Origin: Deltaproteobacteria bacterium
GTDB taxonomy: Bacteria > Desulfobacterota > Binatia > Binatales > Binataceae
NCBI GenBank assembly: GCA_021780225.1
Contig: JAJXZF010000027.1
Span: forward strand, 1,229-65,228
DNA length: 64,000 bases
Direction: 5' to 3'
In this document: piece after piece, positions 41,993-52,251 of the stretch
Position numbering within the stretch: the stretch's first letter is position 1
Layout: each line of letters starts with the position of its first letter
Program-made: the position numbers and the translations under genes
Notes under the pieces: model-generated
Told to the model about the DNA's origin: nothing
Database searches by the model: none
What the model saw: only the letters and a program-made list of their open reading frames with translations

Positions 41993-42868
41993 TTACTCCC
42001 GTCGGTCGCGGTCGCGGCGGGCAAGCTCGCGTTGATAAAGCTCGCGCCGGCTTTGCCCCGTGCGCTTCGCCACGACCGCGCTCGCCTGCTTGAGGCTGAG
42101 TCCGGCGTCGATCAATTCCGCGATCGTCAGCGCGCCGCCCGCGATATCATCGGTCCCGCCGCGTTCCGATTCGGGCGCGCCGCCGACGACGATCGTGATT
42201 TCGCCGCGCGCCTCCTGCTTCGCGAAGCGCTCGCGCAACTCTCCGAGCGCGCCGCGCAGCGTCTCTTCGTAAGTCTTCGTAATCTCGCGAACCACGGCGG
42301 CCGGCCGGTCTTCACCAAATGCCGAAGCCATCTCGGCCAGCGTCGCGCTCAGCCGGCGCGGCGACTCGTACAGGATGATCGTTCGTGTTTCGCGCGCCAG
42401 CGCCTTAAGCGCGCCGCGCCGCGCGCTCTCGCGCGCCGCCAGAAACCCCTCGAAGACGAAGCGATCGGTCGGCAGGCCCGAGACCGACAGCGCCGCGATC
42501 GCCGCCGACGGCCCCGGCACGGCCGCGACCCGAATTCCCGCGTCGAGCGCCGCGCGCACCAGCCGGAAACCGGGATCAGAGATCACCGGCGTGCCGGCGT
42601 CGCTGATCAGCGCGATCGTCGCTCCCGCGCGCATCCGCTCGATCAGTTCGGGCGTGCGCCGGCGTTCATTATGCTCGAAATAGCTGACGGCCGGCGTGCG
42701 GATTGCAAACGCCGCCAGCATCCGCGCCGCGCGCCGCGTATCCTCGCAGGCGATCAAATCGGCCTCGGCAAGGATCCGGCGCGCGCGCGAACTCAAATCT
42801 TCCGGATTTCCGATCGGCGTGGCGACCACATACAGCGCGCCCGCGGCGCGATCGTCCGCCACCGCCAT
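41993..42868 (-). CDS. rsmI: 16S rRNA C1402 2'-O-methyltransferase
   Basis: LYVVATPIGN, IACEDTR, ISDAGTPVISDPG, VPGPSA, YESPRR, REITKTYEE. Confidence 0.96.
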   Translation of the reverse strand: MAVADDRAAGALYVVATPIGNPEDLSSRARRILAEADLIACEDTRRAARMLAAFAIRTPAVSYFEHNERRRTPELIERMRAGATIALISDAGTPVISDPGFRLVRAALDAGIRVAAVPGPSAAIAALSVSGLPTDRFVFEGFLAARESARRGALKALARETRTIILYESPRRLSATLAEMASAFGEDRPAAVVREITKTYEETLRGALGELRERFAKQEARGEITIVVGGAPESERGGTDDIAGGALTIAELIDAGLSLKQASAVVAKRTGQSRRELYQRELARRDRDRRE

Positions 42869-42879
42869 CGGCCGCCCGC

Positions 42880-43326
42880 TCAGCCTTTATGCGGCTGGCG
42901 CGGCTCCAGGCGCAACGCCTTGAAGCGGCGCGACTGGAATTTCCACTGTTCGCCCTGCTTCACGTACTCGTCGTTGTAGTAGCCGGTGCCGATCCAGGCC
43001 AGGTCGTTGCTCGCGTCGCGCAATTCGACATAGCAGCGCCCCGACGCCTTGCCGCCGCCCTTCAAATCGATCACATGATTATGGATGTACGGCCGGGGCG
43101 TCAGATTCGCGAGGCCGTCCTTGTACATCTTCAAAAGATTGGCGCGGCCGGCGCTGTTGCTCTCCGAATTGTGGCCGAGGATCGTGAATGATCCGTCCTC
43201 GGCGAACAGATTGACGATGCCCTCGACGTCGCCCTGCCACACGCAATCGCAGTAACGCTGCGGCAGCTCGCGGATACTCTCGCGATCGGCGAGTTCGGCC
43301 ACCAGTTGCTCGATGTTTTTTGCCAT
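42880..43326 (-). CDS. SnoaL-like / NTF2 family protein
   Basis: LADRESIRELPQRYC, LFAEDG, GYYNDEYVK...WKFQSR. Confidence 0.85.
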   Translation of the reverse strand: MAKNIEQLVAELADRESIRELPQRYCDCVWQGDVEGIVNLFAEDGSFTILGHNSESNSAGRANLLKMYKDGLANLTPRPYIHNHVIDLKGGGKASGRCYVELRDASNDLAWIGTGYYNDEYVKQGEQWKFQSRRFKALRLEPRQPHKG

Positions 43327-43470
43327 CGTGATTCTCCCTCGATGCTCAATAATCCCGTCGGCGCGCTTTTGCCATCGCCGCGAACGGCGCACAGCGCCAT
43401 CGGTTCGACGACGCGCGCCGTGCGATATTCATCGCCGCGGCCGCCGCATGCGGCCATCCGCCGGCGCTCG

Positions 43471-44259
43471 TCAGTGCTGGCCGCCCATCCGATGGCCGGC
43501 GGTCCATCCGCCGTCCACGACCACCGCTTGTCCGGTGATAAACGAGGCGTCGTCGGAACACAAAAACAGCGCCGCGCTCGCGATCTCCTCGGGCTGGCCG
43601 GTGCGCTGCAACAGATGCATCGACGCGGCGCCCTGGCGGGCGCGCTCGCGCTTTTCCGGCGTGAGCTTGTCGTAGCCGGTTTCCGAAAGCGGCGTGGTGA
43701 TCACTCCGGGACAGACGCAATTCACGCGGATTCCCTGCTCCGAGTAATCCATCGCCATCGATTTGGTCAGCAAAATCACGCCGGCCTTGGCCGCGCAATA
43801 ATGCCCCATCCGCCGGATACCCTCGATGCCCGCGACCGACGCGGTGCTGAGAATCACGCCGCGGGTTTTGAGCAGTTCGGGAATCGCGTATTTGCAGCCG
43901 AGAAAGACGCCTTTCAGATCGACGTCGACCACGCGATCCCATTCCTCTTCGGTCATCTTGTGGAGCGGGCGGGCGAATCCGATTCCGGCGTTGTTGTAGA
44001 TGATGTCGAGGCGGCCGAAATGCTTGACGGTCTCGGCGACCATCCGCTCGGCGTCGGCGGCCTTGGAAACGTCGGCCTTGAGCGCGACCGCCTTGCCGCC
44101 CGCGTGCGTGATTTCGCCGACGACCTTCCGCGCATCTTCTTCCTTCCAATCGACGACGGCGACGCTCGCGCCTTCCTGCGCGAACAGCAGCGCGGTGGCG
44201 CGTCCGATTCCCGAGCCGCCGCCCGTGATCAGAGCGATTTTGTTGTCGAGCTTGCCCAT
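43471..44259 (-). CDS. Short-chain dehydrogenase/reductase
   Basis: TGGGSGIG, NNAG, YCAAK, IRVNCVCPG. Confidence 0.95.
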   Translation of the reverse strand: MGKLDNKIALITGGGSGIGRATALLFAQEGASVAVVDWKEEDARKVVGEITHAGGKAVALKADVSKAADAERMVAETVKHFGRLDIIYNNAGIGFARPLHKMTEEEWDRVVDVDLKGVFLGCKYAIPELLKTRGVILSTASVAGIEGIRRMGHYCAAKAGVILLTKSMAMDYSEQGIRVNCVCPGVITTPLSETGYDKLTPEKRERARQGAASMHLLQRTGQPEEIASAALFLCSDDASFITGQAVVVDGGWTAGHRMGGQH

Positions 44260-44606
44260 GATGAAAAAATCTCCCCAGGTTAATCCCCGCCGAATCGGTC
44301 AGGGCCGCAAAACCCGAAGGATAGTCTGTCAGGCGTCCAAATTGGAAACGCATTCCAAGGCCGCGCTTGCGCAATAAACCGCTCGCCGCGCATTTCCCGT
44401 CGAAATCGCGGTCGCCTGACAAATTTCCCGGTAATTGATATGGATAAATATAGATAGCAATAATTCTCTTTACAGACTGTTTTCGATCATTCTCAACTCA
44501 TTGAAATTATTTTTATTCAATAGCATCTGGGATAATTCAATTAGAAATGATATGTGTGGAAAAGAGAAGAAAACTCGTGTTTTCTATAAGATCGGAGCGA
44601 AAAATA

Positions 44607-45119
44607 ATGAAAAAAGCTCTTCTTCTGGCCGGAGTTGCGCTTTTGATGCCGATACGGGCGATGGCCCTCGTGCCCAAGCTTTCGGGGACCTACGCGATGA
44701 CTTACAACGAGTTTTGCCAGGTCACGCTCGATATCGCTAACGGCACGGACACTGACAGCACTTCGTCGCAGCCGTTCGTCGCGAGCATTACGACAGTCGA
44801 TGATGGCAAAATCTCGGTTTCCACCGCGACCGCGACCTTCACTCCCAAAACCGGGATGGTTTCGCTGAGCGCTACCGGAGGCAAAGGGTCTATCCTGATC
44901 GTTCCGGGTCTCAGCGGTCCCAATGAAACGATGGCGCCGCAATCCTTCAGTGGCGTCGCCCCGTACTCGACAACGGCGACCACATTTAAGTTGAATGGAA
45001 TCACCTTCGACGCCGCGTATGGCATGATCGTCCTCGGCGTTGCGAAATATGTAAGCTTCACGGCGATCGATCCGGCCAAGCCCGCATGCGTGATTCAGGG
45101 CACGGCGGTGCATCAATAA
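44607..45119 (+). CDS. Secreted hypothetical protein (Thr/Ser-rich, beta-rich)
   Basis: MKKALLLAGVALLMPIRAMA signal peptide; two Cys; preceded by an AT-rich region. Confidence 0.7.
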   Translation: MKKALLLAGVALLMPIRAMALVPKLSGTYAMTYNEFCQVTLDIANGTDTDSTSSQPFVASITTVDDGKISVSTATATFTPKTGMVSLSATGGKGSILIVPGLSGPNETMAPQSFSGVAPYSTTATTFKLNGITFDAAYGMIVLGVAKYVSFTAIDPAKPACVIQGTAVHQ

Positions 45120-45190
45120 CCGCTCGCTTTGAAGCGCGGGCGGAGGGCGCCTATTCCAGCCGGCCCGGCGACGTCGGCTGTCGGATCATC

Positions 45191-45225
45191 AAAAAGAAAA
45201 AGGCCGACCCAAAAAGGATCGGCCT
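45191..45225 (-). terminator. Intrinsic terminator
   Basis: AGGCCGACCC-AAAAA-GGATCGGCCT hairpin with adjacent A-run (U-tail on the minus strand) between convergent genes. Confidence 0.6.
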
Positions 45226-45245
45226 CAAGACGAAAGCTTCGTTCT

Positions 45246-45521
45246 TTATTTGCGCTCAGGACGGGAGAGCCGGTCGAGCATTTTCATGATCGTATCCCAG
45301 CTAAGCCAGGCGCCGTGCCGTTCCGGGCAAACCAGCCCTCCCGTGCCGTGCTCGGCGTCGGGAACGAGCTTTTGCTCGCATTCCGGGCAGGTGGCGGCGT
45401 TTTTTTGCGCGCGCAGCTTTTCGAGCAGTTCCTGATCGCGTTTGCGCGCCCATTCGTTTTCGCGCGCGGCTTCCACATCATGCAGTTTTTGACCGAAACG
45501 ATCTTTTTCGTCGTTGCTCAT
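45246..45521 (-). CDS. Zn-ribbon (zf-TFIIB-like) protein with charged N-terminal helix
   Basis: CPEC...CPERHGAWL; N-terminal ENEWARKRDQELLEKLR. Confidence 0.7.
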   Translation of the reverse strand: MSNDEKDRFGQKLHDVEAARENEWARKRDQELLEKLRAQKNAATCPECEQKLVPDAEHGTGGLVCPERHGAWLSWDTIMKMLDRLSRPERK

Positions 45522-45570
45522 TATTCCCTCGCCGGCGGCCGGACTCTATGACGGTCCGCCGCCACCGCGC

Positions 45571-45906
45571 TCACTCGATATCCTTGATTAGCTTGCCGGT
45601 GCGCGCCTTTTCGACGGTCTCGTCAAACTTCGAGCCGAGATCGACGCCCATTTCCCGCGCCCGCTTTTTCGCCCACAGTCCGACGTTGCGCGAGTCGCCG
45701 TAGAACGATTCGTCCGGCCGCCGCGACGTATCCAGGTTCGCGATGCGCGACGCTTCGCTTGCGACCACTGCGAACGACGACATCACGCGCCGGGTCCGCG
45801 CGCTCGCGCAATGCGGGCATGGCGGACGCGCGGCGCGCCGCGATCCCAGCATCACGTGCGCGGAGATACGGCCGCAGCCGGCGCATTCATACTCAAAGAT
45901 TGGCAT
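45571..45906 (-). CDS. FmdB-family zinc ribbon protein
   Basis: MPIFEYECAGCG...CPHCAS...RRVMSSF. Confidence 0.85.
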   Translation of the reverse strand: MPIFEYECAGCGRISAHVMLGSRRAARPPCPHCASARTRRVMSSFAVVASEASRIANLDTSRRPDESFYGDSRNVGLWAKKRAREMGVDLGSKFDETVEKARTGKLIKDIE

Positions 45907-46024
45907 CGCAATTCAAGGATAATCGAGCGCACTTCCAGCGGCAATTGAGTCTCTCCGGCAAGCCGCCGGAACCCACGGCTTTCGCATCGCCGGCGTCCAC
46001 TCGATCGGAAGCAACGCGTTTGCG

Positions 46025-46252
46025 TCAGGAAAAGCGGCGGCCGCCCAGATAAGGTGAAACCAGCGAACTTCCCGCGAACAAGACGACCCCGATCGCCAAT
46101 ACCGTCAGGCCGGTTATCACCCACCACACGGAACCGTCGATAAACCCAAGAATCATCATCACGACGCCCCATCCGGGCAGCAGCAGCGAGACGATCAACC
46201 GCATCACGAAGCTAACCGCGCGTTCCGCCTTGCTCGACCCTTCGTTCGCCAT
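46025..46252 (-). CDS. Small membrane protein
   Basis: Two hydrophobic helices; GAGG RBS before MANEG. Confidence 0.55.
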   Translation of the reverse strand: MANEGSSKAERAVSFVMRLIVSLLLPGWGVVMMILGFIDGSVWWVITGLTVLAIGVVLFAGSSLVSPYLGGRRFS

Positions 46253-46329
46253 CCGAACCTCATTCGCGACCACGGCTTCAGACAGATGCGTCGCGATCGT
46301 CCTCTATTTAACCGACCCGGCCGGCGCCT

Positions 46330-48147
46330 TCAATCCGGCGTCGCTTCAGCGGGCGCCGCCGCGACCGGCGCACGCATCAGATAGAGCGTCGGCTGATTCC
46401 CGCCCAGCGCGCCCGAATGCATCACGACGACCAGCGCACGGCGTACCGGCGGAGCGAGCCGGACCAATTCGGTCGGCCGGGCGATTAGATATGTCGGACG
46501 GCCGACCGCCGGGCCGGAATGGGCAAGCCCGGCCGACAGATGCGGTATCGCGCCGCGATGGTACCAGGCAAGCTCTTCGTCGTTGAAGGCCACGTACAAC
46601 GGAGCGCCGCCGACTCGCGCCTCGACGCGATTCACGAACGGCCCCAGGCATCTCGTGCCGGCCTCGATCGGCCTGATTGCGCCTGCGAACAGGACGCTGC
46701 CGGCCAGACTGATAAGGCCGATTCCGACGCCCGCGACGGATGTCGCCCGGCGTCGCAACCCGCGTATCGCGATCAGTCCGCCGGCGATCGTCGCGGCGAT
46801 AAATAGCGCGAAGGGAATCCTCAACGCCTCGACGCCGCCCAGAAAGATGTGCGCGTAGGAGGCGTCGCTGGACTGCAAACGGGCGTCGAGCGGCGCCAGA
46901 TGGACGCCCGCGCGCATCACGCCAACCAGCGCGATCATCGCGACCGGCGCGGCGAGCGCGATCGTCCACGCGATCGCGTCGCGGAGGCGCGCGGCGGCCG
47001 CATCGCTCCGGAGCGCGCCCGCGAACAACCCCGCGTAGAGCATCGCGAGCGGCGAAATCGCCGGCAGGATATAGTCGTCGCGTTTGGCGCTGCCGAGCGA
47101 AAACAGGATTACGACGGCCAAGGCGAGCGCGGCCTGATAACGTATCGCGCCGCGTTTCGATTCGTCGAAACCGCCCGCGACCGCCGCCAGCAGCAGCGGC
47201 GCCGCGAGCAGGCTGAGCGGCATCATCGCGCCCAACAATCGCGCGACGATGTAATAAACCGGACGCGCCGCCTCGCCCGTGCCGCCCATCGCGGCAGGCA
47301 TGAAATGGCCGAAATTTTCGTCGAAAAAGACGCCGCCCCAATCTTGCGAGCGGCCGGCGATAAACGCCGGGACGTACCACGCGGCGCCGATCGCGAGCGC
47401 GATCGCAAACATCCCGTATGGCCATCCGCGCCGCGCGAACCTGAACGGATTTTCCCGTTCCAGCACGATATAGATAAGCGCCGCAAAGCCCGCCAGGACA
47501 ATCACGACAGGCCCCTTGGCGAGCATCCCAAGACCGAGCAAAACGCCCGCCGCAAGCGGCCCAGCCCGTCCCGCGGCGCCATTTAACGGACCGCGCATCG
47601 CCCGCCACGCGCCGAGCAGCAGCAGCGTCATCACCATGTCGGTCAGGGCGACGTTTGCGCGCGCCGCGAAGCCATAGCTGCCGACAAGAAAAAACAACGC
47701 GAGCCATCCGCCGGCCGCGCCGCAATCCGCGAAATCCGCCGCCGCCCAATCCGTCGCCATCGCGACGACGCCGGCGCCCGCGACCAGCGACGGCAGCCGC
47801 GCCTCGGTCTGGGTAATCGGCCCGCCGCGCAGCCATGGCCAGATCGATCCGAGCCAGTAAAACATCGGCGGCTTGCGCTCGACATAGCCGTAGTAATCGA
47901 CCGGAAGCAGCCAGTTGCCGTGCTTGACGATATCGACGATCCATTGCGCCGATTGAGTTTCGGCGTCCTTGTCGAAGGGCGCGCGCATCCCCGGCGTCAG
48001 CAGCGCGAGCGCGAGCGTGAAGGCCGCGAGCATACGCGCAATCCGCCGCCCGGCCGCGCCCGCGGCGCCATTTGGCGTACCAGCCGGTCCGGCGGCGCCA
48101 TCCGAGGCCGCGGATGTATCCGCCCGTTCCGCCCTGCCCTGCTCCAT
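46330..48147 (-). CDS. ArnT/PMT-like (GT-C fold) membrane glycosyltransferase
   Basis: KPPMFYW, ARLPS, ALTDM, LAKGPV, KRDDYILP; many TM helices. Confidence 0.85.
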   Translation of the reverse strand: MEQGRAERADTSAASDGAAGPAGTPNGAAGAAGRRIARMLAAFTLALALLTPGMRAPFDKDAETQSAQWIVDIVKHGNWLLPVDYYGYVERKPPMFYWLGSIWPWLRGGPITQTEARLPSLVAGAGVVAMATDWAAADFADCGAAGGWLALFFLVGSYGFAARANVALTDMVMTLLLLGAWRAMRGPLNGAAGRAGPLAAGVLLGLGMLAKGPVVIVLAGFAALIYIVLERENPFRFARRGWPYGMFAIALAIGAAWYVPAFIAGRSQDWGGVFFDENFGHFMPAAMGGTGEAARPVYYIVARLLGAMMPLSLLAAPLLLAAVAGGFDESKRGAIRYQAALALAVVILFSLGSAKRDDYILPAISPLAMLYAGLFAGALRSDAAAARLRDAIAWTIALAAPVAMIALVGVMRAGVHLAPLDARLQSSDASYAHIFLGGVEALRIPFALFIAATIAGGLIAIRGLRRRATSVAGVGIGLISLAGSVLFAGAIRPIEAGTRCLGPFVNRVEARVGGAPLYVAFNDEELAWYHRGAIPHLSAGLAHSGPAVGRPTYLIARPTELVRLAPPVRRALVVVMHSGALGGNQPTLYLMRAPVAAAPAEATPD

Positions 48148-48164
48148 CAAATTTTCAGCTTATG

Positions 48165-49124
48165 CTAATCGGCGACGGCCAGCATCGACGGCGGCGCCAG
48201 ATGGCGCGCCCCGGCGGCTGGAGTAAAAATCGCGATCTCCATCGCCGGCGCATTGTGGGCGAAACCAATCCTGCCCTTCGCGTCAATCAGAATCAGGCCG
48301 GCTTCGGCGCCTTCGAGCGCCTGCAACGCGAATTCCGCCGCGCGCGACGGGTCGCGCCGCGCCATCGCCGCGACCGCGATACGGCACAACCCCGCCCGCA
48401 TGATCGCCTCGCCCGAGCCGGTGGCAGACGCGGCGCCGCGCGCCGCCGCGAACAATCCGGCGCCGATTATCGCCGAATCGCCGATCCGGCCCGGCAGCTT
48501 GCCCGGCACGCCGCCGGTTGAGGTCGCGGCCGCGAGGTTGCCGTAACGATCGCGCGCGACCGCGCCGACCGTGCCATGCTCGTGCGCGGGACCGGGCGGC
48601 GTCTCCGGCGAGGCATTGCCGATCGCTTCGCGCGTCTGAATCCAGCGCTCGCGCGCCCGCTGGCTAATCAGCTCGCTGGGGCGGCAAAGCGGAATTCCGG
48701 CCCGCCGCGCGATTCGCTCCGCACCCGCTCCGGCCATCAGCAGATGAGGCGTCAGGTCCATCACGGCGCGCGCCAACCGAATCGGATTGCGCACGCGCGT
48801 AATCAACACCACGCCGCCGGCGCGAATCGCCGTTTTGCGCGCCGCCGGAGATCGCTCGGCGCACATCACCGCCGCGTCCATCTCCACCCGCCCGTCGGTG
48901 GTGAGCAACGAGCCGTAACCGGCGTTGAAATAGAGATCGTCTTCGAGCACGCCCACCGCCGCGATTACGGCATCGAGCGCCGCGCCGCCGCCGCGCAAAA
49001 TTTCCGCGCCGCGCGTAACTGCGGCGAGCAATCCGCGCCGCCGGGCGGGACGGTCGGCCGGCAGGGCGCGTCCGCCCGCGCCGCCATGCACGATCATCGC
49101 GGGGCCGATCGGCGAATTTTCCAT
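48165..49124 (-). CDS. iaaA: Isoaspartyl peptidase / L-asparaginase (Ntn hydrolase)
   Basis: VHGGAG, FNAGYGS, EMDAAVM, HGTVGAVA (Thr nucleophile), AATSTGG, GRIGDS. Confidence 0.9.
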   Translation of the reverse strand: MENSPIGPAMIVHGGAGGRALPADRPARRRGLLAAVTRGAEILRGGGAALDAVIAAVGVLEDDLYFNAGYGSLLTTDGRVEMDAAVMCAERSPAARKTAIRAGGVVLITRVRNPIRLARAVMDLTPHLLMAGAGAERIARRAGIPLCRPSELISQRARERWIQTREAIGNASPETPPGPAHEHGTVGAVARDRYGNLAAATSTGGVPGKLPGRIGDSAIIGAGLFAAARGAASATGSGEAIMRAGLCRIAVAAMARRDPSRAAEFALQALEGAEAGLILIDAKGRIGFAHNAPAMEIAIFTPAAGARHLAPPSMLAVAD

Positions 49125-49129
49125 GTACT

Positions 49130-49936
49130 TCAGATGGCAGGCCGCCGCGCGAAAATAAACAGGCGGCGGAAATTGAAGGTCAGCGGGCCGGAGGCGCCGT
49201 AGGCGGTTTCGAGCCGCCGCGTCAGGTCATTTACAAACTCGTCGTGCGCTTCGCTTGGCAAACGATTCAGGAATGGACGGAGCGCCGTCGCGCGCGACCA
49301 TTCGACGACCTCGGCCGGCGAGCCCATTGGATGGGCGAACGTATAGTAGAAGCAATCGATCTCGGCGAAGCCGAGGCCGGCCAAAATTTCGCGATACGTT
49401 TCGGGCGGCGCGACGTTCTCGCGCGACGGCGTCGCGGCGCCGCCGAGACGATCGCGCCACGGCGCATCGGCGGCCATCGCGGCGATCGTCGCCTGCGCCG
49501 TTTCGCGTTCGTTGGCCGGCATCTGGATCGCGATTTCGCCGCCCGCCGCGAGCGCCTTGAAACAGGCCGCGAAGATTCCGCGATGGTCGCCGAGCCATTG
49601 CAGCGCGGCGTTCGAGAAAATCGCCATGTACTCACCGCTCGCGGAAAAATCACGGATATCCACGCGAACAAATTCGACGCGCGCACGGAGCTCCGGGTCG
49701 AGCTGGGCGCGAAGTTCATCGGCCTTTTCGATCATCGCGGGCGAGGAATCGATCCCGCGCGCTCGCCCGCCCGAACGGCGGGCGAGTTCGATCGTGTGCT
49801 CGCCCGTGCCGCATCCGAGATCGACGATTCGCTCTCCAGCGCCGCGCGCGAAACGCATCCGGCTGAAGATTAAATCGACCGGCTCGGCGCGATAGCGCCG
49901 AAACCGATGATAAAGCTCAGGTTCCCAGTCAGCCAC
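49130..49936 (-). CDS. tam: Trans-aconitate 2-methyltransferase-like SAM methyltransferase
   Basis: WEPELY, VDLGCGTG, DSSPAM, FSNAALQW, FRRLFI. Confidence 0.8.
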   Translation of the reverse strand: MADWEPELYHRFRRYRAEPVDLIFSRMRFARGAGERIVDLGCGTGEHTIELARRSGGRARGIDSSPAMIEKADELRAQLDPELRARVEFVRVDIRDFSASGEYMAIFSNAALQWLGDHRGIFAACFKALAAGGEIAIQMPANERETAQATIAAMAADAPWRDRLGGAATPSRENVAPPETYREILAGLGFAEIDCFYYTFAHPMGSPAEVVEWSRATALRPFLNRLPSEAHDEFVNDLTRRLETAYGASGPLTFNFRRLFIFARRPAI

Positions 49937-50110
49937 TGTACGGACTCACGGACTCGGTCGCATCGTCGGCGAGCATACGGCGCACGTCCGCACCGAACAA
50001 GTCACGGGCGTCGATGCGGCGCCTGTGAACCCGCAGGTCACGCTCAAGGGTGACCAGACCATCCATCGCAGCAATGCTGACAACACCGCAGATGAGAACA
50101 ATTTTCTGGA

Positions 50111-50344
50111 ATAATCCAACATTCAATCGAACGGCGCGCCTTTCTCGGCACCGACGCAGCGGTTATTGCCGGCGCGATGGCGGCAAGCGATATCAAAAAG
50201 ATGGGACCGCCGATTCCGAACAGCCGGACCGCAATGTTCGAAAACGGCAGCCATCTGGCGATGTACGGCGAACAGGAAGCGTACTTCGATCATCTGCTGG
50301 CGTTTTTGAAGGACGTTGACGAGAGCAAACCCGTCCACGCATAA
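50111..50344 (+). pseudogene. Remnant of a proline iminopeptidase-like alpha/beta hydrolase
   Basis: In-frame reading IERRAFLGTDAAVIAGA (Tat-like) joined directly to IPNSRTAMFENGSHLAMYGEQEAYFDHLLAFLKDVD* (catalytic-His C-terminus); no ATG ahead of the Tat-like segment. Confidence 0.55.
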
Positions 50345-50584
50345 CGCCCATCCGAGGGTTGCGAGACGCGAATGATGTTCGCTCGAATCGTTCTAGCACA
50401 AATGTTATCAACTATTGTCGCGGCATTATTTCAATTGGTAGTGTCATTCGAAGACGTGGTCTAAGCGGTCGCGCAAAAGCGACTTGCAGGTATTAGTTTG
50501 ACCTAGAAATTAACTCTCCGAATTGATAGTACGTTTGCGAGTTGAATCTTGATAGCGACGCAAACTCTACTATCCGGAGGGTTT

Positions 50585-51061
50585 ATGAAAGATTGGATGC
50601 GAAAGATCGAAAAGTTTCTCTGGAAACACTTTGCATCCGATTGGCGAAGGGCCAATCATGATCTTCGATCGACGGATCGCTTATACTCGCGGCTAATCGC
50701 AGACGCGGAGAAATCAAAAAATCGAACCGAAGCAAATGATTTATACGGCGAGTGGCAATCCGTGAGAGAACCCGAAGCACATGCGGTCGAACGCTTGAGA
50801 ACTATCTATTGGCTTAACACAGCCAATAGAAACCGTATCCCCACACCCGAGGTCGATGATTCAAAATATTGGGAGAATGATCCGTTCACTGGGGCGCATC
50901 ATCTCACTACCGCAGGAACTGATTTAATCGAAGAGCGCTTATACGAGAAGCGAAAGAGGCGTTGGGAATTTCGGTTTATGCTTATAGGCTCTTTGACTGG
51001 ACTAATAGGAGCTTCGACAGGTTTCCTTGCTCTATTTGCGCACTGGTACTCGCGTTACTGA
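50585..51061 (+). CDS. Low-GC hypothetical protein with C-terminal transmembrane helix
   Basis: GGAGG RBS before MKDW; hydrophobic LIGSLTGLIGASTGFLALF end; AT-rich relative to flanks. Confidence 0.7.
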   Translation: MKDWMRKIEKFLWKHFASDWRRANHDLRSTDRLYSRLIADAEKSKNRTEANDLYGEWQSVREPEAHAVERLRTIYWLNTANRNRIPTPEVDDSKYWENDPFTGAHHLTTAGTDLIEERLYEKRKRRWEFRFMLIGSLTGLIGASTGFLALFAHWYSRY

Positions 51062-51185
51062 CATGGCAGAAATTTCACCGTCGCTTGACACGATGCGGCG
51101 GCGGCGCGAAGTTTTGACGATCCATTGAACCATGCACAAAGCGTCCGGCTCCAATCGGGCGGGCGGCGTTAAGCGAGGAGCGACG

Positions 51186-52208
51186 ATGCAGTACACCAGG
51201 CTCGGCAATACCGGCATGACCGTCTCGCGCATCTGTCTCGGATGCATGAGTTACGGCGATAAAAAATGGCGCGAATGGACGGTCGGGGCCGACGACGCGC
51301 GCGAGCATTTCAAAATCGCGCTTGAAGCGGGAATCACCTTTTTCGACACCGCCGACGTCTATTCGGCCGGCGTCAGCGAGGAGATCACCGGCCGCTGGCT
51401 GAACGAGATGGCGTCGCGCGACGATATCGTGCTCGCGACCAAAGTGCATGGCGCGATGGCGAAAGGGCCGAACCGGCGCGGCCTCAGCCGCAAACATATC
51501 ATGGAGGCGTGCGAGCACTCGCTGCGCCGGCTCAAGATGGATTACATCGACCTGTATCAGATCCATCGATGGGACTATTCCACGCCGATCGAAGAGACGC
51601 TCGACGCGCTCGATACGCTCGTGCGCCAGGGCAAGGTGCGCTATCTCGGCGCGAGCAGCATGGCGGCGTGGCAGTTCTCGAAGGCGCTCTACACCGCGCG
51701 CGAGCACGGATGGCATCGATTCGTCTCGATGCAGAATCATTACAACCTGGTCTATCGCGAAGAAGAGCGCGAGATGATTCCGCTGTGCATCGAGCAGGGC
51801 GTCGGCGTGATTCCGTGGAGTCCGCTGGCGCGCGGCTTTCTGGCCGGGAATCGGCGGCGCGAGGGCGGAGACGCATCGACGGTGCGCGCCCGGACCGACG
51901 AATTCGCGCGCGGCCTCTACTATCAGGAGCATGATTACGATATCGCCGAAGCGACCGAGAACGTCGCGAAGGCGCGCGGCGTAACGCCCGCGCAAGTCGC
52001 GTGCGCGTGGATCTTGCACGCGCCGGGCGTGACCGCGCCGATTATCGGCGCGACCAAGGCGCATCATCTGAAGGAAATTATCGCGTCAACCGAGATCAAG
52101 TTGACGGCCGAGGAAATAGCGGCGCTGGAGACACCCTACCGGCCGCATCCGGTGCTCGGGCACGAGCAGCCGAAACCGGCGCGGATGCTCGCCGCGCACG
52201 GTGGATGA
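51186..52208 (+). CDS. Aldo/keto reductase
   Basis: SRICLGCM, FDTADVYS, LATKV, YIDLYQIHRWD, QNHYNL, WSPLARG. Confidence 0.95.
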   Translation: MQYTRLGNTGMTVSRICLGCMSYGDKKWREWTVGADDAREHFKIALEAGITFFDTADVYSAGVSEEITGRWLNEMASRDDIVLATKVHGAMAKGPNRRGLSRKHIMEACEHSLRRLKMDYIDLYQIHRWDYSTPIEETLDALDTLVRQGKVRYLGASSMAAWQFSKALYTAREHGWHRFVSMQNHYNLVYREEEREMIPLCIEQGVGVIPWSPLARGFLAGNRRREGGDASTVRARTDEFARGLYYQEHDYDIAEATENVAKARGVTPAQVACAWILHAPGVTAPIIGATKAHHLKEIIASTEIKLTAEEIAALETPYRPHPVLGHEQPKPARMLAAHGG

Positions 52209-52251
52209 TCGAACTGAGAATGGCCTGACGGATAACGGATGATGCGGAGAA

